Assembly: GCA_051294375.1 (NCBI GenBank)
Contig: CM119264.1
Coordinates: forward strand, 14,410,682 to 14,474,681
Origin: Paraspadella gotoi
Lineage: Eukaryota > Animalia > Chaetognatha
Reading direction: 5' to 3'
Length of the DNA: 64,000 bases
Below are positions 1 to 13,654 of this stretch, one piece after another. Position numbers and translations under genes: made by a program. A model generated the notes under the pieces. It was not told the DNA's origin. It did no database searches and saw nothing but the letters and a program-made list of their open reading frames with translations. Position 1 is the first letter of the stretch, and each line of letters starts with the position of its first letter.

Positions 1-32
1 CTGCATCTCTCTCTCTCTTCTCTCTCTCGTCT

Positions 33-98
<66 letters not shown>

Positions 99-113
99 AT
101 CTCTCTCTCTCTC
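1..113. repeat. (CT)n microsatellite
   Basis: Direct inspection; similar (CT/GA)n tracts occur at about 601-685, 5978-6059, 6322-6406, 7373-7620, 14550-14613, 43136-43200 and 60071-60151. Confidence 0.95.
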
Positions 114-629
114 TTCCCTTTCTTTTTTTCATCTTATGCCGAAGAGGTATACGTGATTTCCCTAAAGCGTAATGCTTAATGGTTTTTGTTTAAGACCATT
201 ATCTTCTCTAGCGACTCCTGACGGATAGGAAGGACCGTGGATCCAGAAAGCGTGAATCCTTCAATCCGTCGATCAATCCATTTCATCATTTCCCTATTAA
301 ATTTATTCCAGGAGATCAAAAGTGTTTCTTTCTGTCAACATTCGCCTTTTTATCTCTTATTCGGCTTCAATATCAAGGCATAAATGAATCGGGCCTCTCA
401 TCCTCCCACGAAGCTTAAGATGCCGTAATGCCGTGATGGCCCTCAACCTCTCAAAAGCTCGTTCTTGTTTCCACCTCCTTCCGCCTCTAATATTCTCAGA
501 GTAAAGAAAATGTTTTCCCCTAAAAAGGGTTTTGTTTTCAAAAGTGCGTTAAAGAGATGTGGGCGAAACTGACCGTCAGAGTCTCGGTGGGTGGGAATGA
601 AGAGAGAGAGAAGAAGAAGGAGAGAGAGC

Positions 630-665
<36 letters not shown>

Positions 666-1349
666 AGCGAGAGGAGAAGAGAGAGTGAAAACGGTTAGTA
701 AATAACTCTGGTTAAACAATATAATTGTATATGGTTAGTACCGTGATCGTTATTATTCGCCTCAGCTAGAAAAATGCCCTACATGAAGAATGAAGATGCC
801 GATGTCCAATAACGAGAAGAATGTAATATCAATGATGAGTAGGTAAAGACCTTCAAAGTAGTAAAATTATTAGTAACAATAAATTTATCATATTTCATGT
901 CAGTTCATATTGTGGGCCATAATCCGGGGAGTGTAAGAAAAATTATGTTCTTTATTGTATTTTACTTCAAAGGTGGGCGAAACCTGGCGTCCATCAAACG
1001 GGTACTAATTATCTAACCCTTGACAACGACTAACAAATGATCAGTGTTTACGTTACGACGCCAAAGTCTCCCGCTCGTACGACCTCCCTTTATATATATG
1101 TTAAAAAAGTTAAGGGCAAACCCTATCAGTATCAGTCAACGCCTTCTCTTTATATTTTTTATTCTTTCGGCGAAAAATTAAAAAATCAAGAACGAAAATT
1201 TCAATGTGTGTTTCTTATCAAGTCTATTTCCGTGTAATCTTACACCGCGCTGCATTGTTTCGTCTTGTATCTTTATAGCTTCTTTAAAAACAAAAGGTAG
1301 CGCTAGCAGTCACTTAGAGGTTCTATCCTGACTTAACAAATGACTTTTA

Positions 1350-1400
1350 CGACCGAAAAGTGACTTATAGAGTTGCTCCGCGAGTATCGCAGTGCAACAA
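1350..1400 (-). mobile_element. Terminal fragment of a Helentron/DINE-1-like interspersed repeat
   Basis: CGACCGAAAAGTGACTTATAGAGTTGCTCCGCGAGTATCGCAGTGCAAC matches the palindromic end of the repeat at 19173-19430 and 19470-19712. Confidence 0.55.
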
Positions 1401-2749
1401 AAAAAAAGAGGTTAGAAAAAAGGACTGAATATTATAACCAAATGATGTGATTCAAGCTATACGTAAGTAGAGAAGCTAAACTCATTATCCGTGCATAATT
1501 AATACCATGCTTCACCCCCAAAAAACCATGAGTCACCATAATTATACATGTATAATCACTTCAGCTGAATTACGTTTAATCAATTTCATCAATTCTCGAT
1601 TCATCAACTCCTATGGTGAGGTTTTATCCTCACACATATTCCATTCTGTCTTTGCTCAAGTCAGCGTGAGAATTTCCCTCCGAACGCCACCCGATTTTCA
1701 CCTCGATCCGCGTCCTCTTTCTCCTTTTCCCAACCATTCGTCTAATCTGTTCGCATTCAAAATTTTTAGGAACATAAACCCGAGGGTTTTGAAACAAAAA
1801 AGACAAATCGCTCCCTGTTTCGCCGCCGCGACGCGACCACGAAGACGATAACCAAAACACGACGACGACGACGACGACGATGACGACGACGACGGACGCG
1901 ACGATGAGAACTAATAATACATCATGACACTGCGATCCTCACTATTCGATCTTGAGTTTATTCCATGATAATTGGCAACTTATGTAATAAGAAAGTTTGC
2001 TTTTTCTAATAGAGAGTCCACGTTAAGAATATTTTTTGTTTCGCTGCAATGAGATAAAATTGGGATCAGTTTTCGAGACATTAGACAAAAAAAGGAATCG
2101 AAAATCCGCGCATTAAGAAATCACGCTCCTAAAAATTACAAAATTTTTTCCCCGCGCGTCGGAGTTCCATGGTTCTATTCTCTGAGAGGTTTGGGATTAG
2201 GCAGACTAAAATTAGAAACGCCACGAAATTTGAACCTATTTTTCTTCCTTTCTACTGAAAATAACTTAATAAAAAAGTATTATCTATAACTTTAATTCAC
2301 TCTCGCCTGCTTTTCCCAGTTTCCCTCATTCCTATTTAGTGACCTCTCATTAATTTTCCATCCTCGCCTAAAAATCTTAACCCTCTTCTTTCACCATTTT
2401 TTTTTTCCCTTTCCGAGTTCCCGCCCTCTTACGATTCAAATCCCAAACTTGCAATTGAAATAAAAAAAAGATCATCAGATTTTCGAAATTCTTACGGTTT
2501 CATTTTTTTTGGTATAAAAGTGTAAAGAATGAATGAACGATAATTTTTTTTTATCGCGCAAAAGAAAATATAAAATTTTTTAAAAAGAAAATTACGCGGA
2601 AGAAATAAAGGGGGAAAAAAAAGAGTTCTTCGGTTGGGAATTGGCGTCGTTTCCCCTGCGTTTTTTGTTGGGGAAAATAGAACCTCGAAACTCGGAAAAA
2701 CAAAACGTGACCTTCAAATTGAAAGGAAAATTCAGTAAAGAGACAAAAA

Positions 2750-3800
2750 ATGAGGGAGGAGAGAAAAAAGAGGATGAAGGGGGAAGAAAAGAGGGATGAA
2801 GGAGAGGAAGAGAAAAAGAGGGATGAAAGGGAGGAGGAGAAAATTAGGATGAAAGGGAGGAAGGAGAAAATGAGGAGAAAGGGAGGAGGAAGAAATTAGG
2901 GCATGAAGGGAGGAGGAAGAAATAGGATGAAAGAAGGAGGAAAGAAAATTAGGGATGAAAGGGAGGAGGAAGAAAATGAGGGATGAAAGAAGGGAAAGAA
3001 AAGAGGGATGAAAGGGAGGAGGAAGAAAATGGAGAATGAAAGGGAGGAGGAAGAAATGAGGGAGAAGGAGCAGGAAGGAGGGAAGAAAAATGAGGGATGA
3101 AAGGGGGAAAAAAATAGGATGAAGGAGGAGGAAGAAATTAGGGATGAAGGAAGGAGGAAGAAAATGAGGGATGAAAGGGGGAGGAAGATAAAATTGAGGG
3201 ATGAAAGGGGATGAGGAAGAAATGAGGGATGAAAGGGAGGATGGAAGAAAATGAGGATGAAAGGAGGAGGAAGAAAATGAGGATGAAAGGGGGGGAAGAA
3301 AATGAGGATGAAAGGGAGGAGGAAGAAAATGAGGGGAGATGAAAGGGAGCGAAGGGGGGGGAGGAAGAAAATGAGGGATGAAAGGGAGGAGGAAGAAAAT
3401 GAGGAATGAAAGGGAGGAGGAAGAAAATGAGGGATGACAGGAAGGAGGAGAAAATGAGGGATGAAGGGGAAAAAAATGTAGGATGAAAGGGAGGAGGAAG
3501 AAAATGAGGGATGAAAGGAAGGGGAAGAAAATTAGGGAGAAAGGGAGGAGGAAGAAAATCGAGGGATGAAAGGGAGGAGGAAGAAAATGAAGGGATGAAA
3601 GGGAGGAGGAAGAAAATGAGGATGAAAGGGAGGAGGAGAAAAATGAGGGATGAAAGGGGAGGAGGAAGAAAATGAAGGATGAAAGGAGGAGGAAGAAAAT
3701 GAGGGATGAAAGGGAGGAGGAAGAAAATGAGGGGATGAAAGGAGGAAGGGAAGAAAATGAGGCATGAAGGGAGGAGGAAGAAAATGAGGGATGAAAGGGA
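2750..3800. repeat. Degenerate purine-rich minisatellite (~28 bp unit GAGGGATGAAAGGGAGGAGGAAGAAAAT), followed by (GATA)n at 3841-3892
   Basis: Dozens of imperfect tandem copies; the overlapping ORFs 3138-3839 and 3532-3927 are repeat translations. Confidence 0.95.
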
Positions 3801-5986
3801 GGTAGTTTTCGGAGAGAAAACTAGAAACGGCAAGCTCAAGATAGACTAGATAGATAGATAGATAGATAGATAGATGAGAGGTATAGATAGATAGGTTCAG
3901 TCTGCCAGTATGAATAAAATGACTCAATTTTTAATCAGATCATCCCCTTTTTAGGTGATCATGTTACTGCAAAGTATCGATACGTAAATTAAAGATATCA
4001 CTGGTACCTTACATTTGTACCGCCGATGGACAGAGAGACAGATCGACCGAAAGTGTGAATTAGATTATTGGATCTATTGTAAATAGGTTAAATTTAAAGA
4101 AATTTCATCCTATGTATATACAATTAAGGCCTGGTATTAGATAAGTTAATAATTAGGTTGAAAAGTTGTTGTGATGAGGGTAATTTTTGGAGGTTGTCGT
4201 CGTCGTCGTTTGTTTTTTTCCCATCGCTGTTGTCCAACCGTCGTCTCAAGGTCTCGGAGGACAAAGGACGTTAAACGCCAAGTGACGGAACCGTGGGGAA
4301 AATAATGAGATGATGATTTCAACCTCGATGTCGGGTCATTACAGGATAATTTTTTAAAAAAAATGTTTGGATTGGTTTCTGTTGAAGGTGATGATGTTTT
4401 TTGTGCAGTATTTGTGTTTCTCAAAAGAGATGTTTCTATGACAAAGAGGTGTTTCTTTGAAGTGATGGATGTTTTTTGTGCGAGTGATTGTGTTTCGAAG
4501 CAGATGTTACTGTGAAAGAGATGGATGTTTCTGTCGAGGAGGAAATGATTTTCCGGTCGGGGACGCTGGACCGGTAAATCCGCGACGATCGTTGAAAGAA
4601 AATCGTCGCCTGAGGACCACAACATCGACCAGACGCCATCGTCAGAGGTGGGCCAAAAGGGAAGGGCAATGAGGGAAGGAGAACAAAGATGGGTAGAAAA
4701 GGAGAGATGGGTGAGGAAGTGGGTAAGTTGGTAAGTTAAAAAAAAAGGAAGAGAGAAACAGGCAGGAATCGAAATGAAAAGGCGTGGAGGCGGAGGTTAG
4801 ACAAACAGAACCGCCTCAAAGGTTACTCCAGCATTCTTTCCATTACCAAAGGGGGTCTGAATGATGGCAGGGCATAAATGATAACATGCTAGCTAAACGC
4901 GCATGGAGTCGGATTCTAATCAGCTTGAGTGAATCTGTTAAGTTTTTAAAAAATACTTGCATGTCCTTTCCAAAGAAATGACTTTAATTTTTAATGTCTC
5001 TCAGATTAAAATTGTAAAATTTTGACGTTAAGAAANNNNNNNNNNNNNNNNNNNNNNNNNGTTACAACTTTACGATATGAACGTATTCACTATTCAGTTT
5101 TCTAGGTGCAGTACAGTTACTTTCTACCGTTTAATAAACTAAAAATAAAAATTGCGAATCCTCTTTTGACAAAATAAATCCCAAACAAACCTCAAGTCGT
5201 TTGATCCTACACTTAGATAAAACATTTGACAAGCTCGAAAACACTGAGAGATAGAGAGACTCCCAGACAGAGAGAGAGACGTCGACATCCTTTCCCCCCC
5301 TTTTTCGTTGCAAAATTAGCCTTCCGTCTTCCGGAGACAAAAACGGCGTGACTCCGTCACCGGAAAAAAAAGGAAGAGGCGGAGCCGGCGATGGACGGCG
5401 GTATGTAGTGTAAAGCGCCTGGATCGGTGACCGGAATGGAAATGGTGACCACCAAACTGGGCGTTGACTCGAAATGGGACGCGGGTTGTCAAATTTTGGA
5501 AATCGGAAAGAGGCGCCTTGTAAAGTCTCAAACCGGAAATGAAGCGGAGCGTTATTCTGAGGAGGAAAGAGAGGGGCGGCAAGCGGCATGGGAGGGCGGG
5601 GGCGGGAGAAGGCTAAACGGCTGAAAAGGCGCGCGAAAAGCATTCACGGCCTCGGAATATCTTTATGTCTGGGAATGATATCAAGGGAAAAAAGAGGAGG
5701 GGAAGAGGGAAGAGGAAAAGAAGGAAGGGAATGGATGGAAGGGTTGATTGAGAGATTTGGGAGGTGGAAAAATGAAATAGGGATAGGCGAAGATTTAAGG
5801 AAAGGTTAGGATCGGAAAATAAGAAAATTAATATTTTCCAGAGAATGAGATCATTAAGAATTGGAGAAGAAGAGTGAGACATCGTGAATGTTAGAAGAAA
5901 CGTGAATAATAAGATTGACAGAAAGAAAAATGAAAAGAATATTGTGAGGATTAACGAGGCATGAGACACACTGTGAAGAGAGAGAG

Positions 5987-6060
<74 letters not shown>

Positions 6061-6337
6061 ACGGATTTCTGTGAATAGTGAAAAAGGAATGAAAATGGGT
6101 GTGAATGCGACAACGACGACGACGACGACACGACGACGACGGCGGGTGAACCATTTCGAGAAGAAACGTCGCCATTTGATGACGCGGAAGAAATAATAAA
6201 GATTATGGAAAGGAGAGGGAAAGGAAAGGAGAGGAAGAAAAGGAGAAGGAGGAAGGAGGAAAAAATGGCGGATAGAGAGTTTTAAAAAATGGAGGAGAAT
6301 AGGGGGTAAGGGGGAGAGGGGGAGAGAGAGAGAGGGG

Positions 6338-6408
<71 letters not shown>

Positions 6409-7392
6409 GTATAGATAATAAGAGATGAAATGAGGAAGCTGGGTAAGTGGGCAGATAATGCAAAGGCAAAAGGTGACGGAACTGAAAACGATTGGTTAAC
6501 TGGGAAAAGGAAATTCAATGGCGCTGAAAACGATCGATGAAGAAATGGTAGGCTCAATCCACCCCCCCCCCAAAAAAAAAGAAAAAACAGAAAATAATTA
6601 ATCAAATGACACTGACTTAAAAAATATGATAAAATGAATGAAAAAAAAAAATTTTGAACGTACGTAATTCTGGGAAAAATGAAAAAACCGTAGGCGCTGG
6701 GATCTCTTATAGAAACGAACGGCATCCGTGATTGTGCCAAGCGGCGATGGAATTGAGACGCTTCCCTTCCATTCTCGGTCCAATATTCCGACACGTCATC
6801 GGGCCAAGATGTTGAATCCGATTCCCCCAGTCCCTCCCCTCACCCCCAAGCAAATCTCATGCAACGAATTCATCGGTTTTCCATAAAACGAGATGGGTTT
6901 TAAAGTCCCCGACGTATATTTATTATTAAATTAACGCGCGACGGAGAAGATGTAGCGGGTCGCGTCGATTTCGTTTCGCATTCTCGTTGGTCACGTGACG
7001 TCGTTGGGGTTTTTTTTTTTTTTTAGCATGTTGATTTTGTTCGGCAGGTTGGTAAGTCGGAAGGTCATGCTTCTGGTCTCGACTTCTTACTTTTCTTAGC
7101 TCCAGTTTTTTCCTTACTTTAAATGAACTAATTCCCTCCCGCTAACCCTCTTCTTAATTAAAATATGGGGCGACGTCTTACTTTGTCTCTTGTATCTTCT
7201 CAGGGTTCTGATTGTCATGTTAAGCGTCATAAACGGTAAATGTCTTGTTAAATATCAGTTAAAAATAAAGTTAACAACATCGTTGGTTCCTCTCAATATT
7301 AACAACAACAATTGGAAAACGGAGAAGGATAAAAAGCTGAAACCTCGACTCGTTTTGAAACATGTGCAGGATTCTCTCTCTCTCTCTCTCTC

Positions 7393-7435
<43 letters not shown>

Positions 7436-7453
7436 TTGAAACATGCGCAGGAT

Positions 7454-7511
<58 letters not shown>

Positions 7512-7748
7512 CTCTCTCTCTCTCTCTCTACTCCTCTCTCTCTCATCATCTCTCTACTCTCTCAGTCGAGCTCTCTCTCTCTGCCTCTCTCTCTCTCTCT
7601 TATCCTCTCTATCTCTCTCATTCAAGATTGCATGCAACGTCTATTGACGCCACGCTTGCTACGATTACATTTTGTCCACGTTCAAACCTTTCGAGCTAAT
7701 TTTTTTTCTCTTAAAAATTCATTTCTATTTAAAATTCTTTGAAAAAAA

Positions 7749-8987
7749 ATGATTTCCCCAGAAACTTTGGCATCAACTAAATACAGTAAATACAGTAAAA
7801 AGGTATTTTTGTTGATTTTTCCCGTCGCTTTTTTATTCGTTGTTCTCAACGAGAACTTGACGGGTAAATCGCTGTTGTTCCGTCTGCACGGATGGACGGA
7901 CGGACGGAAAAGAGAAGAACGAATGAAAGTGATTTTGTTTTGGGTCCCGTTCTACTCTGCGCCCGACTACGCGTTCGGACTGGGGTCACGCCCATTTCTC
8001 GATCACGGTTGCCCGGTGAAAACCTGTGAAACTACGAGTAACAGAAGTCGGTTGATGGAGGCCGACGCTGTCGTCTTTCACATTCGTAGCATCGGTGAGT
8101 CGTACGATTGATGTAAAATGCTGCTAAAAATGGTTTTAAACTAAAATATGTGTAACATAAATCTTGATAATTGAATATTTTCTACAGGCGGAAAAAGAGC
8201 ATCTCCCTCTCTTATTCCAAGCCTCGACATGCCGCACGCCAAACCCGCTAAGCAGAGATGGATCTTTTTTCTTAAAGAGTCACCCGTTCACACAAGTTTG
8301 AACACGAAGATTTTCCAAAATTGGTTCAACTGGACGATGACCTACCGAAAAGACAGCGATTTCTTTTTTCCCTACGGACGGACGATAAAGAGGACAACGC
8401 CTCTCGAGGAATTACCAAAAACGTCTAACGGTGTCAAAGCGAAAGGGACGCGAGTCGCTTGGATGGTTTCTCACTGCAAAACGCCGAGTCATCGCGAAGT
8501 CTACGTCAATAAACTACGCAAGTTTCTTTCTATCGACGTTTATGGCGCCTGCGGTCAACTCAAATGTCCAAAATCGAAAGGAATGGATTGCCTCAAATCC
8601 GATTCTTACATGTTCTACTTGTCTTTCGAAAATTCACTCTGTCGCGATTACATCACCGAAAAGCTTTGGCGCGTCATGAACAAAACCCGATTGGTGCCGA
8701 TCGTCTTCGGAGGCGGCGACTACGAAGTCGACTTGCCGCCCAACTCATTCATCGATGCCCGAAGCTTCTCTCCGCAGGACCTCGCGGATTATATCAAAAT
8801 GCTCGTCAAGCACGAGCATCTTTACAGACGATATCATCTGTGGAGAAGAGATTACGAAGTTCACGTTGATCCGCCCAAGTCGCGACATCATTTTTGTCAA
8901 CTTTGTGCGTCTTTGAACGATGAGACTTTGGCGCCAAAGTGGTACGAGGACATGTGGGATTATTGGACGAATGGGAAATGCGTTTGA
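7749..8987 (+). CDS. Alpha-1,3-fucosyltransferase (GT10), type II membrane protein, 2 exons (7749-8094, 8188-8987), about 381 aa
   Basis: N-terminal TM (VFLLIFPVAFLFVVL); ILFW, C..T.NR...ADAVVFH and FNWTMTYRKDSD motifs; GT10 signature YMFYLSFENSLCRDYITEKLW; GT-AG intron 8095-8187 is phase-1 compatible. Confidence 0.93.
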
Positions 8988-9263
8988 GATTTTTAGCACT
9001 AATTAATTAGTATTTTTGGATAATTTTAAGACAGCTTCTTCCCAAAGTAAAAATGTGTTTATGACTATAACTTGTAGAGAAAGAAATTTAATTATGTGAT
9101 TTGAGTGATAAGTACAAAACCATTTTTTAAAAAATATTTCGGTATAAATTCCTCATGCCAATAACAGTGCTAAAATAGCAAAATAAAATAAAAAATTGCC
9201 GAATTTTACCAACTAAATTTAACTTGAAGCAAACTATTTTTGTCCTTGATAATTTAACCTTTA

Positions 9264-9875
9264 CTATCTAGGAAAAAGTTAGAAGCATTTTTAATTGAGG
9301 ATATCTACTCGAAAACTTGCTCGATTTTTAAAAAAATCAGGATGTTCAGATTCTAACACTAAATTTCCTTTCAGTTGCTTCCTTCCATTTTTTCGTAGAT
9401 CCAACCGTATAGAAGTTAGAGGCAAAATAAGATTGCTACCTCAAGTGAAAAATGGCGGAAAAAATCGCCTTTAGTTTTTCCACAATTCTTGGTATTGAGT
9501 TATTTGTTTCTATTTCAAATTGAGTTAGTTATTTTTTTCATTTTTTAAATTTGGTTATGCCGAATAGACAGCCCTCTCTTTGGTTCATAAAGGTGCAATT
9601 GTAGCTCTGAGAAAAGAGGGAAAGACGCAACAATTCATCAGCAATAGACTTGGAATCCCTCGTTCCACCATTGCAAATTTTTTACGGTGATACAACAAAT
9701 CAAAAACATTGTTGTGTGTCAGCACGCTCTGGAGCATGCCCAGACGAATGCAGGCAGTGGTCGATGCCGAGGGAGGGCATACCAAATATTGAGAATGTTT
9801 ACCCATGTTTTGTATTTTTTATTGAATAAATGAACTTTTAAAAAAAAATGTTTACTAAACTTTTTTCCTAGATAG
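9264..9875 (+). mobile_element. Internally deleted, non-autonomous Tc1-like DNA transposon
   Basis: TIR CTATCTAGGAAAAAGTT / AACTTTTTTCCTAGATAG flanked by TA on both sides; retains an N-terminal HTH remnant (GAIVALRKEGKTQQFISNRLGIPRSTIANFL) and the Tc1 C-terminus (SMPRRMQAVVDAEGGHTKY*). Confidence 0.88.
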
Positions 9876-10117
9876 TACATGTAAAATACAACATAAACTT
9901 TTTGTTTCTGAGATCTCCATGCTACTAAAATGTACACCTCCAAAAAAAAAAGCCTTAAGAGACATCAAACTTGGGGAGAAGAGAGGATTTAGACAAACAT
10001 AACATTTTTCGTGATCCCTCATCAGCCATCACCGTAATCCCCTGAAATCACTTAGTCAACAGTCAACTAGTATCCATTTCTTCTTTTAGTGCATTTACCA
10101 TTTACCATTTACCATTT

Positions 10118-10184
10118 ATCGGTTTGCGCGTTCGGCTGTTAACCGAAAAGTAGCTGGTTCGTGCCCAGTACCCACCCAGGGACG
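10118..10184 (+). pseudogene. 5'-truncated tRNA-Asn(GTT) pseudogene
   Basis: ATCGGTTTGCGCGTTCGGCTGTTAACCGAAA...GGTTCG...CCCACCCAGGGACG matches the metazoan tRNA-Asn; 5' acceptor strand is absent and there is a small insertion after the T-loop. Confidence 0.8.
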
Positions 10185-11560
10185 AATGTCTATCTTAAGG
10201 CTTGCTCTATCGAAACGAGAGGAAGTACGTTAAAGCACATATTGTATGTTTTGAGGTCAGTTCGATAGTATTGTAGTCATGGATTCATACATATATAAAC
10301 CTTCTTTATTGTAAAATTGATTCTCATTTTTTACGATCCTAAATATATTTTTACTAACTTAATGTACTCATTGTACGGTAGACAAAGATAAAAAGACCGA
10401 AAAATCGATATTTTAAGTCGTGACGTAGACAAATAATTTGGCAATTATTCCCCACTGCCCCACTACGCCTTTTCAAATTCGTCTATAGATCGTACGAGCA
10501 ACAAATGCGTGAGCTACTCTCTCGGCCCATGCGCGGTGCACCAAGCTGTTGATGTCGTTGGAGACAACAACAACAACAGCAACGAGAACAGCGACGACAG
10601 CAACAACAACATCAAAACTAGTTATTTTAACTAAAGATTTTTAAAAGCGATTGTACACTAATGATTATAGATGAAATATCAAAAAATTTTTCGCGAAAAG
10701 ATGACTAATAAAAAAAAAAGTAAGACAGCAAAGAACAGAAGTATAAGATTAACAACTCATTAGTATTATTGAAAAAGAATACGAGGCAAATTAACGTAAA
10801 AAAACAAAAAACAAATTAGAAACTAGAAATAAAAAAATTAACTAGAAATATTTAAGGTGAATTGTATTAAATAAAAAAAGATTGTAAAATTCATCTTAAC
10901 TTATCATCTAATTAGCTGCTTACCATTAAAGCAACGCACTATCATCGAAATAATTTTTTTTATCGGAATAAGGTTTAGTGTTCATCGTAACAATTATATG
11001 TGCTTTTAATTAATAGTGACTATCATCGAAACTGCTCAATAATATATCAGTTGTCAAAAATTCATTTTCTTTTTAGAGAGATATAAGGCTTTCTCTCTCA
11101 TTTCAGACTCACTTTGGTCAGGAGCTATATTTCCAGGAACTTTATGATGATTTACTTTTTTTTAAATCTTGATTAAACAACTGATACCTAGTATGGTTAA
11201 ATAACAATTTGTTCTGAACAGGGTTTTACTGTATAGATTTCTGAGTTTTCTCGAATATTTGAAACTAGCTTAAATATATAATGGGAATCATGGGAATCAC
11301 TACCATATCTAATTAAATCATAATGATTGATTTATAACGCACTTGATGTGTTCGGGATTTCATCCGCAACGATCCGCAAAATGAGTAATGCCAAATGATT
11401 TTCAAATTAATTTTTTTTCTAAAACACTTTCGATAAGAACCATTTACTAAAGTAAATTATTTTTTAACTTAACTGCGATTCTTTTGAAGTGGTTAAGAAA
11501 ACAATTTGAAATTGTCTTCATGACAAAAGACGTTAGTAATTTTTTTTTTAAAATAAAATA

Positions 11561-11745
11561 ATTTGAGAAAACAATAATTATTTGTTTCTGTCAACGAATT
11601 GTATTTGATATTAAAGACATGTTCGAACTCCTGAGTTTAGAGAGTCTTGATGAAGATGAAGACTCTAAACTCAGGAGTCGAAATAGTCTTAATATCAAAT
11701 AACATTTGTTGACAAAAAACAAATAATTATTGTTTTTCTCCAAAT
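11561..11745. repeat. Imperfect palindrome (~90 bp arms) made of two head-to-head degenerate hammerhead-bearing repeat fragments
   Basis: Arms are reverse complements; the right arm reads GATGA-A-GACTC-loop-GAGTC-GAAA-TAGTC, similar to the motifs at 49164 and 60964. Confidence 0.75.
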
Positions 11746-13654
11746 CTCAAAAACCAACGAAATTGAATAAGAAGAACAGAGACAAGACAGAAGAGAGACA
11801 GAGAGAGGGAAAAAAACATAAGTATCACGAATATTGGTGTAAAATATGAATTAGAAATTTGACTATTTGAAATTTCAAAATTATTTAAGATGAAATATTG
11901 ATTACATTTTGCACATATTTGTACATCGTCGATCTACACAGACAGAGTACAGATAAAGTTTTTAGATTTTTTGGGAAAATTATTTGTTTTAACACACTCA
12001 GTGAGGCGAAATTCTCTGTAAGAATCTTCTATCTTTGTTATTTTAACATGTTAGATTGAGTTACATTAAAATCTTGTTAAACTTTTGATGTAATAAATTT
12101 AATAAATGGATTGAACCTAACAAACACGTTTCTTTAAAAGAACAGAGAATGCCAAAAAAAAAAACATATCTTGACTTTAATTTATAATTTATATATAAAT
12201 TCATTAATCTCTATTTTGATACCTCCATCTTTTATTTCAAAAATTAGTAGTTAAACACGTTAGTACTATTAACTTCCTCGCTTAACTGATTGGATCAAAT
12301 TGCTCTTTAAACTTTTGTTTTACCGTATTTGAGGAGGAAATAAAACAATAAAAAAAAAAAATGGCTTTGCGTTCGGGTTATCTTTAGGGAATCGTAAAAA
12401 TGAAAATGTTACATTTTTGTCATTTTGGAAATATTAATATTTATGAGAAGAACCTCTAAAGTTTTCCAAGAATTATCTGGTTAACTATCCGAATATGTCA
12501 TTATATAATTTTTTCCGATTTTAAACGTTCACTTCGATCATAGTGCAAACGTGGGCAGATCGGACGTGTGCTAAAACTTGTTTTCTCTTTCAAGTCAACA
12601 ACAACAAATAAGGCACAATCGTATTAAATTCAGGGAGGACAGAAGAGACGCCGAGAAAAACAAACAAACGGCCACATGATCGTCTTCGTTTTTTGTTGTT
12701 GTTTTCTGTCGTCGTTTTTTTTTTTTTTTCATTGTCGGGCATCAATTACCGACAGAAACAAACAAACAAAAATCCGAGCGCGACTTTAACGCTTTAATCA
12801 ACAGTGTTAAACAACAGAAAATCTAAACTTTTTCCAGTAAGTTTTTTAATGATAACTGAATGAAAAATCTTGGAGAGAACAAAAAAATAAACTGGAAAAC
12901 ATTCCACCGAGGACTCTCAACGCCGGCGGCCACATGGTGCCAAGAATCCTGACAGAATTCCATGGTGGCAGTTCAATCCCATCTATCGCCACCAGCGGCA
13001 GCGACGCTTCCGGTCTCACCGCCGAGACGTTCACTATCACTCACTTCCGTCCTCGCTTCACACTTTTCTCTCGATCCTTCTTTTCACCCTTTCACTTCTC
13101 TTCGTCTTCTTTTTATTTTTCAGTTTCAACTTTTTCTTACTTTTCAATTATACAATATTACTTGGCTGCAAAAAATCAAATCAGTCAAGGTGAATGTTGC
13201 GAGAAGTGAGAGATCTGTGAGTGCTGAGTTTAAGCTCGACATCTGAATTAAATGTAAAATCTGTTAGTTTTGGCATCGATAGTTTGGTATTTATAATTTA
13301 AAGGTATGTATAAACGTTTCAGTCACGTCACGATTCTTGATTATTTTCCGAAATATCGAACTTTGTAAATAAAAAAAAATTAGTTTCCTTTTGCTCAAGG
13401 TTAATAAATAGTTTAATAAATAGTTAATAGTTTAATAAATAACGACGAAATCAGTGAGCGTCGGCAGATCGCCAGACCAATTCCGCGCTAATACCACGAC
13501 GCATCAGTGAGTCGAGGTCCAGAACTCACCGATGCGTCGGGCAGAGTCGACGCACAAGTTAATTTCTCGCGCAAGTTGCACGTGATTTGTTGAGCAACCG
13601 ACCGCTCGGGCTCACTACATCGGCGAACTAACCCCCCCTCGTACTCTAAGACTG

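Noticed and set aside
3138-3927. Long F/L/P/S-rich ORFs
   Set aside because: Translations of the purine-rich minisatellite
4146-6890. CpG-rich exon-like blocks (about 4550-4650, 5320-5400, 6712-6885)
   Set aside because: Could be exons, but I could not build a consistent spliced model or recognise a domain
5613-7742. ORFs with SLSLSL/RERERE runs
   Set aside because: (CT/GA)n microsatellite artefacts
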